NCBI GenBank assembly: GCA_003561515.1 | Contig: PWWL01000183.1 | Coordinates: 64-64,063 of the forward strand | Direction: 5' to 3' | Origin: Balneolaceae bacterium | GTDB taxonomy: Bacteria > Bacteroidota > Rhodothermia > Balneolales > Balneolaceae | DNA length: 64,000 nucleotides | Shown: piece after piece, positions 1 through 9,581 of the stretch | Layout: each line of letters opens with the position of its first letter | Position numbering within the stretch: the first letter of the stretch is position 1 | Notes under the pieces: model-generated | Told to the model about the DNA's origin: nothing | The model's input: only the letters and a program-made list of their open reading frames with translations | The model's database searches: none | Made by a program: the position numbers and the translations under genes

Positions 1-2
1 GC

Positions 3-2318
3 AAGAAAAGAAAGAAAAAGGAGAAGGAAGTAAGAGATAGAAAAAACAAGTATTTGCGTGCTCTCATCTTTCTTGTATTTCTTGGCGTAATACTCGCTGT
101 TGTTCCACAAACAACCTTTCAGCCGGTTTCCAGCTACAGTATTGGTGAACCCTGGAGAGCCGACGACCTTGTAGCTCCTTTCACATTTGCTTTAAAAAAG
201 ACCGAAACAGAGCTTCGTGAAGAACGAGAAGAAATCCGGCGCCAAACACCTCCCGTATTTCATGTAAATCACAATGTGCCGCTGCTGGTTGACACCGGCC
301 TGGATGGGATATTCAGAAGCCTTCAGCCGGTTCTCGACAGCTATCTGCAGTGGCAAACGGCAAAGCAAGAAGAGGCCGCGACAGCCGCGAGCGACAGCAT
401 AAGATTTATGCAGGAGAAAAATTTCTCCGATCTCGACCTCGATGACGATGCCTGGTACACACTTCTCGAAAATTATTTGGATGTTCACGACAGAAATCTT
501 TCTCAGCAGCGTCTGTATACGCGGCAGATACGAAATCAGCTCGAAGATATACTTGATGTACTGATGTTGGATGGCATTATCGATCGCAGAAAAGACACAC
601 TCAATCGCAACGATATCACGATAAGAAACCTCAGAGAGCGAACCGAACGCACTGTAAACCTGGCTAATACAAGAGATTTGAGTAATGCACGCGAATATGT
701 TTCCATGATCTTATCGCGTCAGCTGGGATCTGATGTTACACGCGCAGCGCTGCGGATTTATGATCAGGTGATACTGCCCAATTGGGAGTACAACGAAGAA
801 GATACTGAGGCTATACTCGAAGAGAACCTGAGCAATATCTCCACTACCAAAGGGGCTGTTGAGCAGGGTGAAATAATCATACGCCGTGGCGATATCGTTT
901 CAGATGAACGCGCCAACGCGCTCAGAAGTCTGAGTGAAGCACGTGCTGCAACAGCCTCACAGGTTGAGCGATGGCTTCGATACAGTGGAGAAGCGCTCGT
1001 TATCCTCATAGCTGCACTTCTTTTCCTGATCTATATCTACCTATACAGAAAGTCAATTTTTGAAAAACCTTCGATGTTCCTGCTGGTATTTCTGGCTCTT
1101 GGCATCATCAGCCTTGCAAGTGCATTAATTTACCCTATTGATAGTGTAAACAGCTATATCGTTCCCGTTGCGGTGGCGCCAATTATTCTGACCATTATTT
1201 TTGATTCACGAGTTGGACTGATGGCTACAGTTACACTCGGTATCATCACCGCTGTGATACATGACAATAATTTTGAATACATGGTCGCCACAATTGCTGC
1301 CTGCAGCCTTGGCGTTTTTTCAGTAAGAGATATTAAAAAAAGATCGCAGTTCTTCTTCACAACACCCGGCGTGGTTTTTGCCACCTACTTAATCGTGATT
1401 GCAGGATTCGCGCTTGCGCGCTATAGCGGTGTTGAGCGGATGCTCGAAGACGTGATGTTCGTTGCAATCAACGCTGTATTCATTCTCTTCACCTATCCCC
1501 TTATTCTGCTGTTTGAAAAGATGTTTAAGATCACTACCGATTTCACTCTTCTTGAACTGGCCGATACCAACCTCCCTTTGATGAAAGAGTTGATGAATAA
1601 GGCACCGGGCACGTTTCATCACAGTCTCCAAATTGCCAACATGGCTGAGTCGGCCGCATCCGAAATTGGAGCTAACTCTCTGCTTTGCCGGGTCGGTGCC
1701 ATGTATCATGACCTGGGTAAAATGGAAAAGCCGGGCTATTTCATTGAAAACCAGAGTGCCGGCAACGATCACGACAAGCTAAAACCACGAATGAGTGCGC
1801 TTGTTATTAAGGCTCACGTTTCGGATGGCGTAAAAAAGGCTGAGGAAAACAATCTTCCTCAGGTGGTTATCGACTTTATCAAAACGCACCACGGAACATC
1901 GCTCATCAAGTATTTTTACAGTAAAGCTGAAGAACAAGCCGAAGAAGATGATGAAGTGCCCGAAAAAGATTTCCGCTACGATGGCCCCAACCCTTTCACA
2001 AAAGAACAGGGGATTCTGCTGCTTGCTGATGGAATTGAAGCCGCCTCACGGGCAATGAAAGATCCAAACTACCATAAACTTGAGAATCTCATCAATAAAA
2101 TGGTAGATGACCACATCAGAGACGGACAGCTAAACAACTGCCCTCTGACGTTTAAGCAGATTGAAAACATTAAAAAGTCATTTCTTAACATTCTTGTAGG
2201 GGTTTATCACAGCAGAATCGAATACCCCGAAAAGAAAGAAAAAGAGAAAAAAGAGAAACTAACCGAGAAAGTTGAGGAGGAAATCGATACCGCTGCTGAA
2301 AAAGGTAAATCACTCTAA
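3..2318 (+). CDS. 7TM-HDIG metal-dependent phosphohydrolase (PgpH-like, possible cyclic di-AMP phosphodiesterase); 5' end lies outside the window
   Basis: Large extracytoplasmic domain, about 7 TM helices, APGTFHHS...YHDLGK...HHGT...LLADGIEAASR HD-domain motifs; frame stays open from position 3 to the TTG at 54. Confidence 0.85.
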   Translation, partial: KKRKKKEKEVRDRKNKYLRALIFLVFLGVILAVVPQTTFQPVSSYSIGEPWRADDLVAPFTFALKKTETELREEREEIRRQTPPVFHVNHNVPLLVDTGLDGIFRSLQPVLDSYLQWQTAKQEEAATAASDSIRFMQEKNFSDLDLDDDAWYTLLENYLDVHDRNLSQQRLYTRQIRNQLEDILDVLMLDGIIDRRKDTLNRNDITIRNLRERTERTVNLANTRDLSNAREYVSMILSRQLGSDVTRAALRIYDQVILPNWEYNEEDTEAILEENLSNISTTKGAVEQGEIIIRRGDIVSDERANALRSLSEARAATASQVERWLRYSGEALVILIAALLFLIYIYLYRKSIFEKPSMFLLVFLALGIISLASALIYPIDSVNSYIVPVAVAPIILTIIFDSRVGLMATVTLGIITAVIHDNNFEYMVATIAACSLGVFSVRDIKKRSQFFFTTPGVVFATYLIVIAGFALARYSGVERMLEDVMFVAINAVFILFTYPLILLFEKMFKITTDFTLLELADTNLPLMKELMNKAPGTFHHSLQIANMAESAASEIGANSLLCRVGAMYHDLGKMEKPGYFIENQSAGNDHDKLKPRMSALVIKAHVSDGVKKAEENNLPQVVIDFIKTHHGTSLIKYFYSKAEEQAEEDDEVPEKDFRYDGPNPFTKEQGILLLADGIEAASRAMKDPNYHKLENLINKMVDDHIRDGQLNNCPLTFKQIENIKKSFLNILVGVYHSRIEYPEKKEKEKKEKLTEKVEEEIDTAAEKGKSL

Positions 2319-3226
2319 TGGCATTCGAGGCAGAATTAAAACACTATCTTCGGTTTATTAAACTCGAAAAAGGCCTCGCAGATAATTCCATCACCTCCTA
2401 CGAAAATGATCTCAAAAGATACCTCGACTTTGCACGTAACGTTCTTGGGATTTCGAACCTTGCCGGCATAACCCTTCAGCATATAGAAGCGTATCTTGAA
2501 GAGCTCACTGCGATGGAGTTAGCCGTTAGCAGCATAGCGCGCAATATCTCAAGTATTCGTAGTTTTCATGAGTTTGCCGTGGTTGAAAAGCTGGCCGAAG
2601 CCAATCCGGCAGAATTGGTTGAGCTTCCCAAGAAAGCAAAAAAACTACCCGAGGTTCTTGACGCGCACGAAGTTGAAAAAATAATCGATGCGGCCGACAG
2701 AACCACATCTGCAGGCATTCGGGATGCAGCTATCCTCGAGACCCTTTACGCCAGCGGCATGCGGGTTAGTGAACTCACCGATCTTGAAATGAACATGCTC
2801 TACTTTGAAATTGGTTTCATCCGGGTAATTGGCAAGGGTAACAAAGAGCGGCTTGTTCCGGTTGGCGAGATTGCCCAGCTCGCACTCGAACACTATATCG
2901 AAACTGCCCGTAAAGAGTTCATAAATCCCGACAGGCCGGATAAAACTGAAAATAAACTTTTCCTGAACCAACGCGGCGGCCCGCTTACACGAATGAGTGT
3001 TTGGAATATCGTAAATAAGTATGCCATGAAAGCCGGCATCCAAAAAAACGTCTATCCTCACATTTTCCGCCACTCATTTGCAACCCATTTACTTGAGGGG
3101 GGTGCCGATCTCAGGGCCGTTCAGGAAATGCTGGGCCATACCTCGATATTGACCACTGAAATTTATACCCATGTCGACCGTTCACTTCTTCATCAGATCC
3201 ACAAAGAATTTCACCCGAGAGCGTGA
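2318..3226 (+). CDS. xerD: Tyrosine recombinase XerD
   Basis: LYASGMRVSEL, GKGNKERLVP, HIFRHSFATHLLEGGADLRAVQEMLGH and TTEIYTH catalytic motifs; about 300 aa. Confidence 0.9.
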   Translation: MAFEAELKHYLRFIKLEKGLADNSITSYENDLKRYLDFARNVLGISNLAGITLQHIEAYLEELTAMELAVSSIARNISSIRSFHEFAVVEKLAEANPAELVELPKKAKKLPEVLDAHEVEKIIDAADRTTSAGIRDAAILETLYASGMRVSELTDLEMNMLYFEIGFIRVIGKGNKERLVPVGEIAQLALEHYIETARKEFINPDRPDKTENKLFLNQRGGPLTRMSVWNIVNKYAMKAGIQKNVYPHIFRHSFATHLLEGGADLRAVQEMLGHTSILTTEIYTHVDRSLLHQIHKEFHPRA

Positions 3227-3339
3227 CCGGTTGACAACCTGCCAGAGTGCCTTGCTTTTCGGCAACTGTTAGAGTTGGGGCGGGTTGGGTTCAAAATTCA
3301 AGGTTTGTTGATTGTTGATGCCTAAACATATAGTTAAAT

Positions 3340-5046
3340 ATGATGAATTTAATTAAGTATTTATACAAAATATTACTGATTTGTTTTTTGATGTACTGTT
3401 CGGTTGTAAATGCTCAGATAGCTTCTCCGGAGCCATTCAGGAATGGAGTGGTATCGTCGGCTGAAGAGAGGGCTACGCAGGCTGGTCTGGAAATCCTGAA
3501 ACAAGGGGGCAATGCGATTGATGCAGCTGTTGCCGTTCAGTTTGCCCTTGCCGTTACGCTGCCAAGGGCCGGCAACATCGGAGGTGGCGGCTTTATGGTT
3601 TTACATCTTGAAGACGGTTCTGTGAGAACACTCGATTTTCGGGAAAAAGCGCCTAACCGGGCTTCGCGAAATATGTTTCTGGATAGTGAGGGGGAATTTG
3701 ATCCGGATCTGAGCCAGAAAGGAGGTCTTGCCTCCGGCGTACCCGGCACTGTAGACGGCATGATTACCGCTCTTGAAAGATACGGCACACTGCCACTTGA
3801 AGTGGTTATGGAACCAGCAATCAGCCTGGCCCGCGAAGGTTACCGGCTAAGCAGTTCACAGGCAGCAAGCATGAATCGGGCAGCAGAAAACCTCAGGCAA
3901 TTCAATGGATCAAAAGAGATTTATGTAAAATCCAGCGGTGAATCGTGGAAAAAGGGAGACCTCTTTGTGCAGAGTGATCTAGCTGAAACACTTGCACGTA
4001 TCGCTGCCATGGGGCGCAGAGGCTTCTATTCCGGCCTCACTGCCCGGCTGATTGTAGATGAAATGCAGCGCACCGGCGGAATATTAACACTGAGGGATTT
4101 GAGAGACTATCGCAGCGTTTGGAGAGATCCGGTTAAAACCAGTTTCAGAGGCTACGACCTTTACATGATGGGCCCGCCAAGCAGCGGAGGCTTTGTTATG
4201 GCCCAGGTTCTTGGAATGATCAGTGATCATGAACCGGAAGGCCTCGGCTTCAATACGGCAGCGTATGTGCACTTGCTCAGTGAGGCGTTCAGGCGCTCGT
4301 TTGCCGACCGGAATTACTGGCTTGGCGACCCCGATTTTGTCGAAATTCCTTCTTCCCGTCTCACAGGCCCCTGGTACATCAGTGAGAGGATGTCAGATTT
4401 TGACCCGTCCCGTGCAACGGAAAGTGAAAGGCTTGCTTACGGCGATGTTTTTGAGCTTGTCGAACCTGAAGAAACCACCCTTTTCAACGTCGTTGATTCA
4501 AGAGGGAATGCCGTTGCCGTGAATACTACCCTGAACGGGTCGTTTGGCAGCTACGTAACCGTAACAGGTGCCGGATTTCTGCTTAACAATGAAATGGATG
4601 ACTTTTCAGCCAAACCGGGAGCACCCAATATGTTCGGACTTATCGGGGCCGAGGCAAACGCCATTGAACCCGGAAAGAGGATGCTAAGCAGTATGAGTCC
4701 CACCATTGCTATGAAAAACGGACAGGTGAGGTTTGTGGGAGGCGGAGCCGGCGGACCAACCATTATCACAGCTACACTGCAAAACTTTTTAAATATGGCT
4801 CTATTCGGAATGAATGCCAAAGAAGCTATCGCTGCACCGAGATTTCACCATCAGTGGCTTCCGGACCGCATTCTGGTTGAAGGCCTTTATTTCTCTGATG
4901 ATACAATTCGTATGCTCGAAGAAAAGGGACACTCGGTTGTGAGGCGCAACAGCATAGCCCTGATTCATACAATACTGATCGATGAAGAAGGCAATATTTT
5001 TGGTGCTTCCGACTCACGTCATAACGGAAGTGTTGCCGGTTATTAG
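3340..5046 (+). CDS. ggt: Gamma-glutamyltransferase
   Basis: Signal peptide; GGNAIDAAVA, DFREKAP, GVPGTV, LNNEMDDF, PGKRMLSSMSP motifs; nucleophile region ETT. Confidence 0.92.
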   Translation: MMNLIKYLYKILLICFLMYCSVVNAQIASPEPFRNGVVSSAEERATQAGLEILKQGGNAIDAAVAVQFALAVTLPRAGNIGGGGFMVLHLEDGSVRTLDFREKAPNRASRNMFLDSEGEFDPDLSQKGGLASGVPGTVDGMITALERYGTLPLEVVMEPAISLAREGYRLSSSQAASMNRAAENLRQFNGSKEIYVKSSGESWKKGDLFVQSDLAETLARIAAMGRRGFYSGLTARLIVDEMQRTGGILTLRDLRDYRSVWRDPVKTSFRGYDLYMMGPPSSGGFVMAQVLGMISDHEPEGLGFNTAAYVHLLSEAFRRSFADRNYWLGDPDFVEIPSSRLTGPWYISERMSDFDPSRATESERLAYGDVFELVEPEETTLFNVVDSRGNAVAVNTTLNGSFGSYVTVTGAGFLLNNEMDDFSAKPGAPNMFGLIGAEANAIEPGKRMLSSMSPTIAMKNGQVRFVGGGAGGPTIITATLQNFLNMALFGMNAKEAIAAPRFHHQWLPDRILVEGLYFSDDTIRMLEEKGHSVVRRNSIALIHTILIDEEGNIFGASDSRHNGSVAGY

Positions 5047-5058
5047 GCAGACATCAAC

Positions 5059-6723
5059 TTACGCTTCGATTCCGTGTGAAATCCTGACTTTCTCGATCAC
5101 ATCAGAAATCTCGTTTCTTTTCAGCGTATTCAGATTTGGAAAAAGGATCGCGATCGAGTTTTTATAATCATCCACCAAAAGTTCTCCCTTTATCTGCTTG
5201 GTAAGAGAGCGAATAAGGCGGGTGCCAAGATTTTCGCTGTCTTTCCAGTCGAAAAAGCTGTGTGGCAGATTGCCGTTCTCCCGTACCACTACATAAAAAA
5301 TCTGCTCATCTGAGTAAAGATCGACACTGATCGACGTTTTTTCGCCAACAGAACTGGTACGCTCGTATACTCTGCTGATCACTTCATTAATTACCATACA
5401 TACCGGAACTGCGCGCTCCACATCGAGAATCAGATCGGAGGCATGAACAGAAATATCCGAGTGGTATTTCGCAAATCTGTAATCCTGATCAAGCCGGTTT
5501 GTAAGCTTAATCACATACGATTTAAGATTCAGCGTCTTAAATGTACCAGCCTGCGACATCAGTTCATGAATCAGCGAAATTGAACGAATTCTGGATTTTG
5601 AATCACGCAGCGTATCAGTGAGAGTTTCATCACCGGCGCGCTTCAGCTGAAGCTCAAACAGTGCCAGAATTATGGAGAGATTGTTCTTGACGCGCCCATG
5701 GATCTCATTTAGCAACAGATCGCGTTCATCGATAGCGGTTTCAAGCTCTCGTTCGCGAACTTGAAGATTTGAGGTTTTTTCGTTGACTTCGAGTTTCAGG
5801 TTCTTATTCCAATTGGAAACGATATACATGCCGGTGAAGCCAACAATTAAAATAATTCCAAGAGATATCCAGAAGATGATCTGAAATGATCCTGTTGCCT
5901 GCAGAACCCTCTCTGCAACAAACGGATCGGATGCGGCTACCGCCTGGGATATTCCCTCCAGGCCGAGGAATCTGCCGCCAATAACAAATAGCGAAATCAC
6001 AACTACGACGCTGGTAATTGCACTGTATATCCAGCCGAGCGTTACTTCTTCTCTGGCTTTCTGATTCAGGAACTTCTCTTTTACTTTCAATACGGATGGA
6101 CTAAAAAGAAAAAGCAGGGGCCCAATAATTAGCAGCGACTGGAAAAACGCTCCGGTCCACCATCCATTCCAGATATTCAGCGTTGCAGATGGAGAAAGAT
6201 TTTGCTGCAAGCTCCAAACAAAAGAACCAAGAGAGCTTGCCATGGCTGCAATGAGGGAGACTATTACAAAAAAAGCAGCGCTTTTCAGATCCCTGAGGTC
6301 AATTCGTGCCGGAACGCAATAATAAGCCAATGCATAAATACCTATACCAAGTACAAATGAAAAAGCAAATAAGAGTGCCCAATACACGGGCATGCTTGCT
6401 GAGAACGCAATTACAAAAGATGAAATAAATATTGGGATAAAACCCCACTCAAAACCAACCCAAAAGAGGAGTAAAATTCCTATAATTAGCGGCGGATAAA
6501 AAAGAAAAAAGAACTGGACGGACGATGATTCTACACTCGTTGATACCCAGCTTTCCGACATCAGTGTGAATACGGAATAAATGGATACTGAGATAAGTAT
6601 AACCCAGGCTGCTAAAATCAACCATGTAGTTATCCCCGAAAACCCAAAGCGGGTAATAATTTCGTCAAGCCCTGCCGGTTGCCAGATGCTCTTTGTCTGT
6701 GATGATATTTGATCTCCGTTCAT
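5059..6723 (-). CDS. Membrane sensor (MASE1-like) fused to a degenerate HisKA_2-type histidine kinase domain
   Basis: Multi-TM N-terminus with WNGWWTG; EIHGRVKNNL H-box-like segment, SRIRSISLIHELM, NLGTRLIRSLTKQIKG. Confidence 0.8.
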   Translation of the reverse strand: MNGDQISSQTKSIWQPAGLDEIITRFGFSGITTWLILAAWVILISVSIYSVFTLMSESWVSTSVESSSVQFFFLFYPPLIIGILLLFWVGFEWGFIPIFISSFVIAFSASMPVYWALLFAFSFVLGIGIYALAYYCVPARIDLRDLKSAAFFVIVSLIAAMASSLGSFVWSLQQNLSPSATLNIWNGWWTGAFFQSLLIIGPLLFLFSPSVLKVKEKFLNQKAREEVTLGWIYSAITSVVVVISLFVIGGRFLGLEGISQAVAASDPFVAERVLQATGSFQIIFWISLGIILIVGFTGMYIVSNWNKNLKLEVNEKTSNLQVRERELETAIDERDLLLNEIHGRVKNNLSIILALFELQLKRAGDETLTDTLRDSKSRIRSISLIHELMSQAGTFKTLNLKSYVIKLTNRLDQDYRFAKYHSDISVHASDLILDVERAVPVCMVINEVISRVYERTSSVGEKTSISVDLYSDEQIFYVVVRENGNLPHSFFDWKDSENLGTRLIRSLTKQIKGELLVDDYKNSIAILFPNLNTLKRNEISDVIEKVRISHGIEA

Positions 6724-6876
6724 TGCCGTCCCCGTATTGATTTTCGGAGAATATATTAGAAAAAATTAATTAATAACCAAACCCAGCTCAAAATCTAATT
6801 TTCGGATAGCGGTTCAGGAACGCTTGAGGCCGTACTCAGATTAAAAAAGCTCAAAAACAGCAAATAAACCCATTAA

Positions 6877-7869
6877 ATGCCTGCCAAAAGTTTTAAACTA
6901 AAATTTGCACTCATTGTCGGCTCTTTATTCGCGGCCTGGGTTCTGTATATGACCTTCTACCAACTCTGGCATCTTTTTGCGGACAATTGGTTTATGACTG
7001 TTGTAATGATTTTCGGTTCGTTTATTGCGGGTGCCAGCTCCGAAGGCGGCGGAGCAATTGCTTACCCCGCAATGACCCTGCTTTTCAATATTGAACCCGA
7101 CGTGGCCAGAAACTTCAGCTTCGCAATACAAAGCTTTGGAATGACCTGTGCAGCAATCTGGATTTTTTTATCAGGCATAAAAATTGAAAAGACGTATCTG
7201 CTGCTTGCCGGGGTCGGCGGTTTTATAGGCATCATATTCGGCTCATTTTTTGTGTTGCCCTATGTGCTGCCTAACTACGCGAAAATGATGTTCGTGTCGT
7301 TCTGGCTCAGTTTTGGAATTGCCCTGTTCGTGGTGAATTTTGTAAAGGCAAACGATTCTATTGACGCACTGCCGAAGCTTTCCAAAAGACAAAAAACTGA
7401 ACTTGTACTGGTTGGTATGATGGGTGGAGTCTTCAGCTCAATTTTGGGAAATGGCCTTGATATATGCACGTTTGCTTACGTTGTACTCAAGTATGGACTG
7501 TCAGAAAAAATTGCCACTCCGACGTCAGTCATTCTTATGGCTTCGAATGCAATTATCGGTTTTCTCATGCACTCGTTTGTTTTAAACACCATGCAGGCTG
7601 AAGCGATCAATTATCTGCTGGTTTGTATTCCGGTTGTAATATTCGGAGCGCCAATGGGTGCATTTGTAATTAGTAAAATAGGAAGGAAAACCATTGCAGC
7701 ATTGCTGATTGTCATTATTATTGTTCAGTTCATAACAGCGATCTACGTAATCAGGCCTGGCAGTGAGCTCTTACTTTTTTCAGCAGGCATATTCTTCGTG
7801 GGAATTTTACTCTTCTTTGTGATTTCAAGACGCCGGCTAAACGGTCTAAATGATGTTTATCATCAATGA
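6877..7869 (+). CDS. TauE/SafE family (sulfite exporter-like) membrane protein
   Basis: GSFIAGASSEGGGAIAYP and GVFSSILGNG internal repeat motifs; highly hydrophobic. Confidence 0.8.
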   Translation: MPAKSFKLKFALIVGSLFAAWVLYMTFYQLWHLFADNWFMTVVMIFGSFIAGASSEGGGAIAYPAMTLLFNIEPDVARNFSFAIQSFGMTCAAIWIFLSGIKIEKTYLLLAGVGGFIGIIFGSFFVLPYVLPNYAKMMFVSFWLSFGIALFVVNFVKANDSIDALPKLSKRQKTELVLVGMMGGVFSSILGNGLDICTFAYVVLKYGLSEKIATPTSVILMASNAIIGFLMHSFVLNTMQAEAINYLLVCIPVVIFGAPMGAFVISKIGRKTIAALLIVIIIVQFITAIYVIRPGSELLLFSAGIFFVGILLFFVISRRRLNGLNDVYHQ

Positions 7870-8652
7870 GATCGCCACAAAAATTACCATAATTGAGAAT
7901 CCGGCCTGGATCGTGGGGTCTGATACCTTCTCATTGAACTTTACCCCGGCAAACCCGCCAAAGAATGCCCCAATAATTAAGGGCAAGCTTGTGCCAAAAT
8001 CGACATACCCGAACGTATAGGGAGATACACCGCCCGCAGGATTGGTAAGAAATGCGTACTGCATCCAGCCGGAAAAGGAAATGATTACAATTGCCAAAGA
8101 AGAAATGCTGACTGTTCTGGTAATCGGTATCCTGTACCAGAGGTTCATAACCGGCACGAGCACAATTCCACCTCCCACGCCCGCCAAGGAGGCTACAAAA
8201 CCGCCCAAACCTCCGGCATTTGTAATCTTTAGTATTCCCATTTGCTCCCCGCTCAGCCGAAGTGTGACGTTCGACTGGCTTTTTCGATAGAAAAGTATAG
8301 CGACAAAAATGAGAAGTAAAACAAAGAATGAAACAAATACATCGTTCGTATAGTACGGCGACATTACAATCTGCTTACCTAAAAAAACTCCCAGTACACC
8401 AAAGCAGCCAACAAGTATGCCCTCTTTCCAGAATATGTTTTGGTTTTTAAACTGCTGAATGGAACTGCTAAGCGAGGCAGTAAACGTGCAGAAAAGGGAC
8501 GTACCTATAGCCCATGCCACCGGTGACTCAACACCAAGAAAATTGAACAGTGAAAAGAGTATCGGTGAGAACAGAAGTCCTCCACCAACTCCGAAAAAAC
8601 CGGCTAAAATCCCTGCAACTACGCCAAGTATCAGCAGAATTAAAATGATCAT
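7846..8652 (-). CDS. TauE/SafE family membrane protein
   Basis: AGFFGVGGGLLFSP / ASLAGVGGGIVLVP duplicated motifs, AIGTSL. Confidence 0.85.
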   Translation of the reverse strand: MIILILLILGVVAGILAGFFGVGGGLLFSPILFSLFNFLGVESPVAWAIGTSLFCTFTASLSSSIQQFKNQNIFWKEGILVGCFGVLGVFLGKQIVMSPYYTNDVFVSFFVLLLIFVAILFYRKSQSNVTLRLSGEQMGILKITNAGGLGGFVASLAGVGGGIVLVPVMNLWYRIPITRTVSISSLAIVIISFSGWMQYAFLTNPAGGVSPYTFGYVDFGTSLPLIIGAFFGGFAGVKFNEKVSDPTIQAGFSIMVIFVAISLMINII

Positions 8653-8653
8653 G

Positions 8654-9436
8654 TCAGAAAGCTATTTCACCTTTCATATAGGTTACCGCTTCACCGCCAA
8701 TCAAAACCCTGTTGCCATTTACCTCGCACATCAAACTTCCCCCTCGTTTTGAGATCTGTTTTGCTTTGAGTCTTTTTTTACCAATTTTTTTTGCCCAGAA
8801 AGGAGCCAGAACCGTATGTGCTGAGCCTGTTACGGGATCTTCGTCAACACCAACAGCCGGGCCAAAAAATCGACTGACAAAATCGGCTTCGCCATCGATG
8901 CAAACCGCTGTAACAATGACTCCGCGCACCTCCATCTTTTTTAGTATTAATAGGTCTGGTTTCAGATTTCTTATCGTTTCCTGATCCTGCACCAGCACCA
9001 ACAGATCCGTATTTACCCCACAGTATATCGGAATGGTGCCAATGGCTTCCGGAATTAGTTTTGGTACGGGAATAGGCTTCGGTGGATTTGCCGGGAAATC
9101 CATCCAATAAACGTTTTCCTCTTTACGCACCGTCAGTTCCCCGCTGTTCGAATCGAATCGTATCTGCCCTTCGCTAAACCCAAGATGGTTAAAGAGTACA
9201 TGAGCCGAAGCAAGTGTTGCATGCCCACAAAGGTCAACTTCCGTCAAAGGTGTAAACCATCGAATTTTGAACGAACCGCTTTCTTGCTTCTTGAAGTAGG
9301 CGGTTTCTGAAAGATTATTTTCGGCCGCGATTTTTTGAAGTATTTCCGTATCCGGCCATTCTTTGAGAGGAATAACAGCGGCAGGATTTCCTGAAAACAC
9401 CTGATCTGTAAAGGCATCTACCTGAAATACTTTCAT
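8654..9436 (-). CDS. PhzF family epimerase/isomerase
   Basis: QVDAFT..GNPAAV, NNLSETAY, EVDLCGHATLA, EDPVTGSAH; start moved to the ATG at 9436. Confidence 0.92.
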   Translation of the reverse strand: MKVFQVDAFTDQVFSGNPAAVIPLKEWPDTEILQKIAAENNLSETAYFKKQESGSFKIRWFTPLTEVDLCGHATLASAHVLFNHLGFSEGQIRFDSNSGELTVRKEENVYWMDFPANPPKPIPVPKLIPEAIGTIPIYCGVNTDLLVLVQDQETIRNLKPDLLILKKMEVRGVIVTAVCIDGEADFVSRFFGPAVGVDEDPVTGSAHTVLAPFWAKKIGKKRLKAKQISKRGGSLMCEVNGNRVLIGGEAVTYMKGEIAF

Positions 9437-9581
9437 ATATGATGTGACTTTTTTCGCAATGTATGAAATTGACCTGAGCAATTCATGCGTTTAAAGAAAA
9501 ATCACGGTGCGAAACCCTCTACGGAGTTTTGAGCCGCTGATTTATGTTCGATTTCACAGCAAAGATCACGACCTTTACAAA

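Noticed and set aside
2318-3226. Phage or island integrase
   Set aside because: Length, motifs and coupling to a housekeeping gene fit chromosomal XerD; no att sites or mobile genes nearby
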